A DNA stretch of 37,686 nt from Burkholderiaceae bacterium (lineage in GTDB: Bacteria; Pseudomonadota; Gammaproteobacteria; Burkholderiales; Burkholderiaceae_F), in the NCBI GenBank assembly GCA_035536515.1, contig DATLOA010000194.1, positions 1 to 37,686 of the forward strand, read 5' to 3'. A model generated the notes under the pieces. The model had not been told where the DNA came from and ran no database searches. It was given only the letters and a program-made list of their open reading frames with translations. Below are positions 9,257 through 17,163 of this stretch, one piece after another (within the stretch, counting starts at the first letter, position 1; each line of letters starts with the position of its first letter). The position numbers and the translations under genes were made by a program.

Positions 9257-10654
9257 TCAGAACTGAAAATAAATGAACGTTGGGCGGTGCCGCTCGAGAA
9301 ACACCAGCGTCAGCGTAATCAACGATCCAAGGCTTGCGACTCTAGTCCAAGAAGACCGGGCGCTCATGGTGGTCCGTTCAACCAAGTTGATTTGAACGTA
9401 TTCGAAAAGCGCAAGCGCAAACATCAGCATCAGAGTTGCGGTCAGCAGGCTCAAGTGCAGCGGCGCCCATTCCCAGTTACGAAGTGCTGTAATCAACGCT
9501 TCCATCAGACCGGGACCGGTCGCGCGGAACAGAAACCATCCGATGAAAACGATCGACATTGTGCCAAGCCAGCCTGCGAAACGGCCGATGCGAGTTTGCG
9601 GCTGGTTCGGGATGCCGAGCAGCCTCCACGTCGCGAGAGCGACTCCGAGAAACAAGCCCCATAAAACAAAGTTCCACGCTGCCCCGTGCCAAAGTCCGCC
9701 CAAAATCATTGTCAGCATCAAAGCCGTCACCGTCCTTGATGCGCCATATCGATTTCCGCCGAGAGGGATGTAAACATAGTCGCGCAGCCACCGGCTCAGA
9801 CTGATGTGCCAGCGGCGCCAAAAGTCGCTGGGCGAGACCGCGCGATACGGAAAACGAAAGTTCCAGATCAGTTTGAATCCAAGCAAGCCCGCGCATCCCT
9901 TGGCAATCAGGCTGTAGCCCAAAAAATCAGCGTATATCTGCACACCGAACAGGACGGTGCCCAGTACCACCGACCAGGCGTACGGCTGCGCGGGCACGAA
10001 CAGGGAGTCGACGATGGGGCCCGCGGTATCGGCAATGACGATCTTCACCGCATAACCAAGCACCACTAAACCGATTGCATCCCGCACCGCTCGTGCGTCA
10101 ACGCTGCGCGGTCGCTTGAACTGCGATAAAAGGTGCTCGGCCCGCTCGATTGGCCCGGCGATCAGTTGCGGGAAGAAAAAGCTAAACGCGAAAAACGTCA
10201 CGATCTGGCGTTCCGCCTGATATTCCCTGCGCCACACGTCGACCACATACGCGATCAATTGAAACGTATGGAATGAAATGGCAAGCGGCAACACGATATC
10301 GAGGTAGGTCCACCGCGCTTGCAGTCCGATTGCACCGAGGACAATCGCGAGCGAGTTCCCGAAAAAATTCACGTACTTGAAATACGCGAGACAGGCCAAC
10401 TGAGCAGCGACGCAAAGTGCCAGCACTGCGTTGCGCCGGCTACTTGACGTCGCAGCCTCAATGCTGAGCGCCGCCAGATAAGACACCAGCGATAGCCCGA
10501 GCATCAGCGAAAGAAACCGCCAATCCCACCACGCGTAGAAGATGCAGCTTGCCGCGAGTAGAAGCAAATTTTGGCTTCTGACTTGGCGCAGGAAGTGATA
10601 CAGGACGAATACGACGGCGAATAAAATTATGAAGGAAAGGGAAACGAACGACAT
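9257..10654 (-). CDS. MBOAT family O-acyltransferase (AlgI/DltB/PatA-like)
   Basis: 465-aa polytopic protein with the hallmark FWRRWHISLSRWLRDYVYIPLGGNR motif, which contains the catalytic His. Confidence 0.92.
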   Translation of the reverse strand: MSFVSLSFIILFAVVFVLYHFLRQVRSQNLLLLAASCIFYAWWDWRFLSLMLGLSLVSYLAALSIEAATSSSRRNAVLALCVAAQLACLAYFKYVNFFGNSLAIVLGAIGLQARWTYLDIVLPLAISFHTFQLIAYVVDVWRREYQAERQIVTFFAFSFFFPQLIAGPIERAEHLLSQFKRPRSVDARAVRDAIGLVVLGYAVKIVIADTAGPIVDSLFVPAQPYAWSVVLGTVLFGVQIYADFLGYSLIAKGCAGLLGFKLIWNFRFPYRAVSPSDFWRRWHISLSRWLRDYVYIPLGGNRYGASRTVTALMLTMILGGLWHGAAWNFVLWGLFLGVALATWRLLGIPNQPQTRIGRFAGWLGTMSIVFIGWFLFRATGPGLMEALITALRNWEWAPLHLSLLTATLMLMFALALFEYVQINLVERTTMSARSSWTRVASLGSLITLTLVFLERHRPTFIYFQF

Positions 10655-10663
10655 GTTCGGTCG

Positions 10664-11419
10664 TCAACGGGTACCTGAGCCGCCTCGCTTTTCATAAACT
10701 GCCATCAACCGAAAACCGCACACCGGCCCCAGCACGCGCTCGATGCGGTCCTCGAAGTGCAACAGCGAGCGTGCGACACCGGGTGTTATCAGCGACCAGG
10801 ACTTAAACCCCCCGGAAAGCGGATAAGCGAGCAGGCTGAGCCAATTCAGGCGAGTCAGGTCGAGCGTGGGCTCGCGGCAATTCAGAGCTGCAGCGTAGCT
10901 GCCGGTTAGAAGGGTTGGAATCGCCTGATTGCCCACATAAGGATTCTTATTTGGATTGGGACGGCCCTCCAGCAGCGGGTTGACGCTGCTATCCACCGGC
11001 TCTTCATGCATTGCTCGGTAGACCAATCCGCTCAGCGGCGTAATTCCGGGTTCAACAAATACGAGGCGACCGCCAGGTTGCAGCACGCGCGCGGCGTCTC
11101 TCAGAAACTTGATTGGATATTCGATGTGATGCAGCACATCAAGCATCACGATGTTCACCACGCTGCCTGAGCGGAGGGGTAGCGCTTGCGCGTCTGCCAC
11201 AAAATCCAGCCAGGGCTCGTACACGATGTCGAACGACAGCACGTCGGGTGCGAACTGCTTGAAGTTGCCGGAGCCGCCGCCGACTTCAATCGTCAAGCCG
11301 GGTTGGCATGCGGCAGCGATGCGCCGGTATAAATGTCCGTAGACCTCTCGCAGCACCGGCTTCGATGCCCACACCTCTCTATGAGACAGCTGCCGCTCGG
11401 CGGCGCTCGTTGCGGCCAT
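10664..11419 (-). CDS. class I SAM-dependent methyltransferase (Methyltransf_11-like)
   Basis: Motif I is LTIEVGGGSGNF, followed by IVMLDVLHHIEYP...LQPGGRLVFVEP. I prefer the ATG at 11419 (MAATSAAERQ...), which sits 1 nt from the upstream stop at 11421-11423. The ORF-track start at 11449 is a TTG that would overlap the upstream gene by 29 nt. Confidence 0.82.
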   Translation of the reverse strand: MAATSAAERQLSHREVWASKPVLREVYGHLYRRIAAACQPGLTIEVGGGSGNFKQFAPDVLSFDIVYEPWLDFVADAQALPLRSGSVVNIVMLDVLHHIEYPIKFLRDAARVLQPGGRLVFVEPGITPLSGLVYRAMHEEPVDSSVNPLLEGRPNPNKNPYVGNQAIPTLLTGSYAAALNCREPTLDLTRLNWLSLLAYPLSGGFKSWSLITPGVARSLLHFEDRIERVLGPVCGFRLMAVYEKRGGSGTR

Positions 11420-11420
11420 G

Positions 11421-12701
11421 TCAGATGAACTTAAGCCGGCGTGCGGCAAAACCGAGCATTGCGATCAACAACGCCCCGTGTCTCCAGCGTGAGATGTTGG
11501 TCTCTCCGTACGTCCGTTCGCGGTAGGTAATCGGAATCTCGACGATGTGCAACGCCATCCGCGCTGCGCCGAACAGCAGGTCAAAATCGCCGAAGGGATC
11601 GAATTCGCCGAAGTAGGCGCGGTGTTGAGCCAGGCGCAGATAGTTGTCGCGTGTGATGACCTTGGTGCCGCACAGCGTGTCCTTGAAGCGCTGCCCGAGG
11701 ACGAAGGAGAAGGCAACCGCGAAGAACTTGTTGGCGACAAGGTTCAGAAAACGCATCGCGCGTTTTTCCATCGGATACACCAGTCGGCTGCCGTTGATGA
11801 ACTCTCCCTTTCCGCTTGTGATGGCGGCGTAGAACTTCGGCAAGTCCTCAGGTGGCACCGTTATATCGGCGTCCAGGATCATCAGGATTTCGTTGCGCGC
11901 CATCGCGAATCCCTTGCGTACAGCGTCTCCCTTGCCTTTTCCATCCTGTTGAGCGATGACAATGTTCTTTCCGACGAACCGCGATTGCGCATCGCGAATC
12001 TTTGCCCAAGTGTCGTCCTTGGAACCGCCTTCGATAAATATCAGTTCGTCATCGGGCCCCATCTTTGGCAAACGGTTGACGATTGCGTCAATGTTTCCCG
12101 CTTCATTGCGCGCGGGAACCACGACCGACACCGACGCCACTTTTGAGTCCGCCCGAGTGGCCGCCATCACGGGCCTTGCCACCAGCACATTAACGAAGCA
12201 CAGGCTCGAAATGACCGGCAATGGTGCCAGGTATCGATTAGCGATGGCGCTGAGCAGGGGGATGTTGACGGGCAGCAGCACTTTTGGATCGCGTCGAATC
12301 ACTTCCAGATCCGCGAGTCGCATGAAATTGGCCATGTCGCTATGCGATAGCCAATTCCACTCAAGGGTCTTGCTACGAAGCCCAAGCCGCGTAGCCAGTC
12401 CCAGTATCGGGCGCCACAACGAGCTGTAATACACAACGATCACACGGGCGCGGTCCGTCAAACTTGGGCGCAGCCGAGTCAAATACGCTTGGATATCGCG
12501 CTCGTAGTGAAGGGTGCCGTTGAGCAGCACAAAATCGGCGTCGAGCGGCGTTGCAGTGGCCTCATCGATCGACATTGTCCGGCAGTACGTCAGATACGAA
12601 TCGAGCTCGTGGCTTGGCGGGTCCACACTGAGCAGCGAATCTCCGGGGCGAGCAAACAGGCCGATGTAGCGGGCCAGAAGGCGGTAAAAATAACCCTTCA
12701 C
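11421..12701 (-). CDS. family 2 glycosyltransferase with an N-terminal degenerate methyltransferase-like domain
   Basis: The C-terminal ~235 aa carry VSVVVPARNEAGNI, ELIFIEGGSKDDT and the DXD in ILDADITV. The N-terminal ~190 aa have a methyltransferase-like layout (ADFVLLNGTLHYERDIQAYLTRLRPSLTDRARVIVV). Where the GxGxG SAM loop should be, the sequence is SLLSVDPPSHE. The GTG start overlaps the upstream stop as GTGA (12698-12701). Confidence 0.8.
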   Translation of the reverse strand: MKGYFYRLLARYIGLFARPGDSLLSVDPPSHELDSYLTYCRTMSIDEATATPLDADFVLLNGTLHYERDIQAYLTRLRPSLTDRARVIVVYYSSLWRPILGLATRLGLRSKTLEWNWLSHSDMANFMRLADLEVIRRDPKVLLPVNIPLLSAIANRYLAPLPVISSLCFVNVLVARPVMAATRADSKVASVSVVVPARNEAGNIDAIVNRLPKMGPDDELIFIEGGSKDDTWAKIRDAQSRFVGKNIVIAQQDGKGKGDAVRKGFAMARNEILMILDADITVPPEDLPKFYAAITSGKGEFINGSRLVYPMEKRAMRFLNLVANKFFAVAFSFVLGQRFKDTLCGTKVITRDNYLRLAQHRAYFGEFDPFGDFDLLFGAARMALHIVEIPITYRERTYGETNISRWRHGALLIAMLGFAARRLKFI

Positions 12702-13687
12702 ATGCCTTCTCCGCGCATTCGCAGTAGTCGCCGGCTATGCGAGGTGAACGCGAGCGCCACGACCGCGCTCGTGCAGAGCCCAATGAAGAAGACGCCGTGG
12801 ATTGCAACCGCCAGCACCAGTCCTTCCGATGCTGGTTTGCCGAGCAGGATGAATGCTGACACGATCGCCGCATGAAAAGTCCCGATTCCTGACGGCGCGG
12901 CCGGAATCGCAACCCCCAGCGCGCCGGCAAACATCAGCACCATCACATCGGCAACGCCCAGATTCATTCCGACCAGCTGTGCGATTGCCAAGTAGGCCAA
13001 GACATACAAGACAAGCCAGATAAATGCAGTTTGCATCAGCAGAATGGCGATGCGGCCGGGCGTGGTCGACTGGCGTAGGTGCATCAAAGGCCGCAGCAAA
13101 TGCCGGTACAGGCGCGGCGAAAGACGAACGGCGCGCGACGAAAACCGAATCGCCTTGATCATCCAAACGGAACGAGCGGTCAGCAAGGCGGCCACCGCGA
13201 CACTGAGAATGACGAGGGCAATCGCAACCACGTTGATTCCACTGTCGCCAGTCGCCAGCAGCGTCGCCGTCGATGCGAGCCCAAAGGCCGCCACCGCGAT
13301 CAGGTCAAAGACTTTTTCAACCGCGAGGGCCGATACGCCAGAGTGAATTGACGGTGCGCCTGCGCCGCGCGCGGACAGCACGACGCGTAGCGCGTCTCCG
13401 CCGCGGAGCGGGAAAACCTGATTACCGCCGAGACCGAGGGCAGCGACCACCAGCGAACGCGGCATCGTCAGTGCCTCGATCAGCAAAGTGCGCCAGCGCC
13501 ATGCAAAGGCGATTACGATCACGCTCACGACCAGCACGATCACCGGCAAGCGATCCCATTGCGCGCGCGAAGCCAGCCCACGAAACGCCTGTAGATCGGC
13601 GAATGAAAACACGACCACCAGTGCCACGAGACTGATGGTCAGCGGGAGCCACGTGCGCAAGATGGCTTTCGAAACCTTCGACGGCAC
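12698..13687 (-). CDS. flippase-like (UPF0104 / lysyl-PG synthase TM-region family) integral membrane protein
   Basis: 329 aa with about 8 hydrophobic helices. The FPLRGGDALRVV motif is what I recall for the MprF-flippase-like family. The GTG start lies 21 nt downstream of the rfbC stop. Confidence 0.7.
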   Translation of the reverse strand: MPSKVSKAILRTWLPLTISLVALVVVFSFADLQAFRGLASRAQWDRLPVIVLVVSVIVIAFAWRWRTLLIEALTMPRSLVVAALGLGGNQVFPLRGGDALRVVLSARGAGAPSIHSGVSALAVEKVFDLIAVAAFGLASTATLLATGDSGINVVAIALVILSVAVAALLTARSVWMIKAIRFSSRAVRLSPRLYRHLLRPLMHLRQSTTPGRIAILLMQTAFIWLVLYVLAYLAIAQLVGMNLGVADVMVLMFAGALGVAIPAAPSGIGTFHAAIVSAFILLGKPASEGLVLAVAIHGVFFIGLCTSAVVALAFTSHSRRLLRMRGEGM

Positions 13688-13708
13688 TTGTGTTACCTCG
13701 TTGCGCGG

Positions 13709-14251
13709 CTAGCGGTACAGCTCCGCGCAAGCCACAAGTGGTGCACTCGCGTCTTTGCCGGACAGAACAGCGGCGTCGGGCAGCGGCCACTTGATTGCAA
13801 GCTGCGGATCGTTCCAGCGCACTACACGGTCAAAATCTGCGTCGTACAACTCGCTGGCCTTGTAGCTGACGTCAGCTTCATCGCTTACAACTTGAAAACC
13901 GTGCCCGAAGCCGGGCGGAACCCACAGCATTTGGAAATTGGTTTCGGTGAGGTCGACGCTGACCCACTGAGCGAACGTCGGTGAACTGTGGCGTAGATCG
14001 ACCGCAACATCGAAGATTGCGCCGCGTGTGCATCGAACAAGTTTTCCTTGTGGCCGTTTCAATTGATAATGCAGGCCGCGCACAACATTGCGTACGGAGC
14101 GCGAATGATTGTCCTGGCGGAAATGCACGTCCAGTCCGGCGAGCGCAAACTTTTTCTCATTCCATGATTCCAGAAAGAAGCCACGAGCGTCGCTTCGTAC
14201 CTGGGGTTTGATTAGTAGGACACCCGGTAGCGCGGTTGGGGTGATCTCCAT
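13709..14251 (-). CDS. rfbC: dTDP-4-dehydrorhamnose 3,5-epimerase
   Basis: RmlC cupin motifs are present: VRGLHYQ, KLVRCTRGAIFDVAVDLR and LWVPPGFGHGF. I moved the start from 14359 to the ATG at 14251 (MEITPTALPGVLLIKPQV), which gives the usual ~180 aa. Confidence 0.9.
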   Translation of the reverse strand: MEITPTALPGVLLIKPQVRSDARGFFLESWNEKKFALAGLDVHFRQDNHSRSVRNVVRGLHYQLKRPQGKLVRCTRGAIFDVAVDLRHSSPTFAQWVSVDLTETNFQMLWVPPGFGHGFQVVSDEADVSYKASELYDADFDRVVRWNDPQLAIKWPLPDAAVLSGKDASAPLVACAELYR

Positions 14252-14339
14252 CTTTTGCTTGTTTGCGAGCTGATCTGCTTCGCGTGAGAGAATACCCGAG
14301 CCGACGCTCAGCTTGCCGTGTCGGTCGGCTCGATCGCGA
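14252..14339. promoter_or_regulatory. divergent control region between rfbC (modification operon) and fcl-rfbA-rfbD
   Basis: This 88-bp gap is the only non-coding space available to drive both divergent operons. It contains a perfect 9-bp inverted repeat, CGAGCCGAC (14297-14305) and GTCGGCTCG (14324-14332). I could not identify clear -35/-10 boxes. Confidence 0.4.
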
Positions 14340-15329
14340 ATGAACAAGAACTCCCGCATTTTTGTGGCTGGTCACAGGGGTCTCGTGGGCTCGGCGATAG
14401 TTCGCCGTCTGCTCGCGCTTGGCTTCGACAATCTCTTATTGCGCACGCATCGCGAGCTCGATCTCGCCGAGCCTTCATCAACTCATCAATTTTTTGAAAG
14501 CGAGCGGCCCGAGTTCGTGATAGTCGCCGCGGCCAAGGTCGGCGGCATTCATGCAAATAGCACCCTGCCCGGAACCTTCATTCACACCAACCTGTCGATC
14601 CAGACTAATGTTCTGCACGAGGCGTGGCGCGCTGGGGTTGAAAGGTTGTTGTTTCTCGGCTCTTCCTGCATCTATCCGCGCGAGTGCCGTCAGCCGATAA
14701 AGGAAGACTATTTGTTGACCGGTCAGTTGGAGCCGACCAATAGCGCTTATGCCGTGGCCAAGATCGCCGGCATCGAGATGTGCCGCTCCTACAACGTGCA
14801 ATACGGGATGCGATTTCTAGCCGCGATGCCGACAAATATGTACGGTCCCGGCGATAACTTTGACCTTGAAACAAGTCACGTCTTGCCAGCGTTGTTGCGC
14901 AAGACGCTTGAGGCTGCGCAAAACGGCGATGATGAAGTCGTCGTTTGGGGCACCGGAGAGCCTCGCCGCGAGTTCCTGCATAGCGATGATCTCGCGGATG
15001 GCTGCGTGATGCTGCTGTCTCTCGACACGGCGACGTTCGATGACTTTATGCGCAGCCACTACTATCCACTGATCAACATTGGGTACGGCGAGGACATTAC
15101 GATTGCCGAACTGGCGCAACTTATCGCGCGGAAGGTTGGCTACCAAGGTCGCCTTCGCTTCAACTCCTCGCGGCCGGATGGAACGATGCGGAAGCTGATG
15201 GACAGCACGCGCATGCGCAGCCTGGGCTGGAAGCCGAAGATCGATCTTGAGCAGGGCATCGAACAGATGATCGATCGGCTGCGTTCACAGTTTCCCACGC
15301 CGCGAACGGAGCGGGCGGCCGCGGGCTGA
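14340..15329 (+). CDS. fcl: GDP-L-fucose synthase (GDP-4-keto-6-deoxy-D-mannose 3,5-epimerase/4-reductase)
   Basis: [39 protein letters not shown] and TSHVLPALL are collinear with E. coli Fcl as I recall it. I prefer the ATG at 14340 over the ORF-track TTG at 14313. Confidence 0.92.
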   Translation: MNKNSRIFVAGHRGLVGSAIVRRLLALGFDNLLLRTHRELDLAEPSSTHQFFESERPEFVIVAAAKVGGIHANSTLPGTFIHTNLSIQTNVLHEAWRAGVERLLFLGSSCIYPRECRQPIKEDYLLTGQLEPTNSAYAVAKIAGIEMCRSYNVQYGMRFLAAMPTNMYGPGDNFDLETSHVLPALLRKTLEAAQNGDDEVVVWGTGEPRREFLHSDDLADGCVMLLSLDTATFDDFMRSHYYPLINIGYGEDITIAELAQLIARKVGYQGRLRFNSSRPDGTMRKLMDSTRMRSLGWKPKIDLEQGIEQMIDRLRSQFPTPRTERAAAG

Positions 15330-15337
15330 CTGTCAGC

Positions 15338-16243
15338 GTGGCGAGAAAAGGCATCATTCTGGCGGGCGGATCGGGCACTCGCCTGTATCCGGTGACGCAT
15401 GTTCTGTCGAAGCAATTGCTGCCGGTGTACGACAAGCCGATGATTTATTACCCGCTATGTACGTTGATGCTGGCGGGCATTCGCGACATCCTGATCATCT
15501 CGACACCGGCAGACACGCCCCGCTTTTCCGAGTTGCTCGTTGACGGGTCGCGCTGGGGCTTGAATCTTAGTTACGCGAGCCAGCCGTCGCCCGACGGTCT
15601 GGCGCAGGCGTTTGTCATCGGCAAAGACTTTGTTGGAGGCAGTACGAGTGCCCTGGTGCTTGGCGATAACATTTTTTACGGCCATGACTTGTCGATTGTT
15701 TTACAAAGAGCAAACGCGCAAACGGCGGGCGCGACGGTATTTGCGTACCACGTCAATGACCCGGGACGTTATGGAGTGATCGAGTTCGACGACGCAGGCC
15801 GAGCCATGACGCTTGAGGAAAAGCCGAAACAAGCGCGGTCCAGCTATGCGGTAACGGGACTGTACTTTTACGATCGACGAGCACCCTCGATTGCTGCAGA
15901 ACTAAAGCCTTCAGCACGTGGTGAGCTCGAAATCACCGACCTTAACCGCCAATACCTGCAATGGGGCGAGCTAAGGGCCGAAGTGATGGGCCGCGGCATT
16001 GCCTGGCTTGATACCGGCACCCACGACTCGCTGCTTGAAGCATCCACATTCATTGCGACGATCGAGAAGCGTCAGGGACTCAAGGTGTCGTCTCCGGAAG
16101 AGATCGCTTGGCGGATGGGCTATATCGATCGCGATGCCATGCTTGCGCTTGCGCATGCGATGGGCCAAAGCGAATACGGACACTATCTGGTGCGCATTGC
16201 CGACGAGCGCATCCTGGATGCGGGCACCGGCGCACGCGCCTGA
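15338..16243 (+). CDS. rfbA: glucose-1-phosphate thymidylyltransferase
   Basis: GTG start, then [36 protein letters not shown] and [14 protein letters not shown]. Confidence 0.95.
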   Translation: MARKGIILAGGSGTRLYPVTHVLSKQLLPVYDKPMIYYPLCTLMLAGIRDILIISTPADTPRFSELLVDGSRWGLNLSYASQPSPDGLAQAFVIGKDFVGGSTSALVLGDNIFYGHDLSIVLQRANAQTAGATVFAYHVNDPGRYGVIEFDDAGRAMTLEEKPKQARSSYAVTGLYFYDRRAPSIAAELKPSARGELEITDLNRQYLQWGELRAEVMGRGIAWLDTGTHDSLLEASTFIATIEKRQGLKVSSPEEIAWRMGYIDRDAMLALAHAMGQSEYGHYLVRIADERILDAGTGARA

Positions 16244-16258
16244 CGCGCAAACTCTGCA

Positions 16259-17146
16259 ATGCGAATATTGTTGACCGGAGGGGACGGTCAGGTGGGTCGG
16301 TACTTGACGACTACGTTGGCACCGCTCGGCAACGTCATTGCTGCCGATCGCACGACATTAGATCTGTCGCAGCCGCAGCACATCCGACCGCGTGTAACGG
16401 CGCTAACCCCGAACGTGATCGTAAACGCGGCGGCCTACACCGATGTTGAACGTGCCGAGTTGGAAGAACAGTCCGCACTGACCATTAACGGCGTCAGCGT
16501 CGGCGAGCTTGCGGAAGTAGCACTCGAGCGGCAAATTCCGTTAATTCACTACTCGACGGACTATGTCTTTGATGGCACCAAAACACTGCCGTACGTTGAA
16601 GAGGATCCGCGTGCGCCGTTGTCGGTTTATGGCCGTTCGAAGTTAAATGGCGAAGAAAGAATCCGTAACTCCGGCTGCGCGCATCTGATTCTGCGTACCA
16701 GTTGGGTCTACGCTGCGACGGGGCGCAACTTTCTCACCACCATGCTGCGCCTGGCGGCCGAACGCGAGGAGCTGCATGTCGTTGATGACCAGTTCGGGGC
16801 GCCAACGTTTGCTGGCTTTATCGCAACGGCTACTGCGCAAATGCTCGGAGAGATTTTGTCGGGCGGTGCGGCGCGGGAGCGGGTGAACAACGGCGATACG
16901 GTGCACGTGGTCAACAGTGGCGTGACGAGTTGGTTCGGCTTCGCCTCCGAGATCTTCGCAAGCCGTATGGTTCAGCAACGCGTGCCAACGCCCAGGCTTG
17001 TCCCGATCAAGACCAGCGAGTTTCCGACACGGGCGCGCCGACCGGCGAACTCGTATCTAAGTACTCAAAAGGCGCGCACCATGTGGGGCCTGCACGTGCC
17101 GGAGTGGCAGGAGTCGCTTACTGATTGCTTGCGTCAGCTGCCATAA
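16259..17146 (+). CDS. rfbD: dTDP-4-dehydrorhamnose reductase
   Basis: MRILLTGGDGQVG, NAAAYTDVERAE, HYSTDYVFDG and YGRSKLNGE (YxxxK). Confidence 0.93.
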   Translation: MRILLTGGDGQVGRYLTTTLAPLGNVIAADRTTLDLSQPQHIRPRVTALTPNVIVNAAAYTDVERAELEEQSALTINGVSVGELAEVALERQIPLIHYSTDYVFDGTKTLPYVEEDPRAPLSVYGRSKLNGEERIRNSGCAHLILRTSWVYAATGRNFLTTMLRLAAEREELHVVDDQFGAPTFAGFIATATAQMLGEILSGGAARERVNNGDTVHVVNSGVTSWFGFASEIFASRMVQQRVPTPRLVPIKTSEFPTRARRPANSYLSTQKARTMWGLHVPEWQESLTDCLRQLP

Positions 17147-17163
17147 CGCGAGCCCGAACGCCG

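Noticed and set aside
8924-9664. 246-aa plus-strand ORF antisense to the MBOAT and its partner. Similar cases are 20979-21635, 21956-22666, 25998-26660 and 33741-34376.
   Set aside because: All are Arg/Pro/Ala-rich shadow frames opposite genes with clear family motifs. None has a plausible start context or recognisable domain.
14223-14234. ops/JUMPStart-like CCCGGTAGCGCG on the plus strand upstream of fcl, a possible RfaH recruitment site.
   Set aside because: It matches GGCGGTAGCGTG at only 9 of 12 positions, and the critical T11 is among the mismatches. It also lies inside the rfbC coding region, upstream of any likely fcl promoter. No ops-like sequence occurs in 14252-14339 or 18592-18682 on either strand.
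17147-17163. 17-bp gap between convergent rfbD and manC, examined for a bidirectional terminator.
   Set aside because: There is no stem-loop or T/A tract in or around the gap. The ends of transcription cannot be inferred from the sequence.
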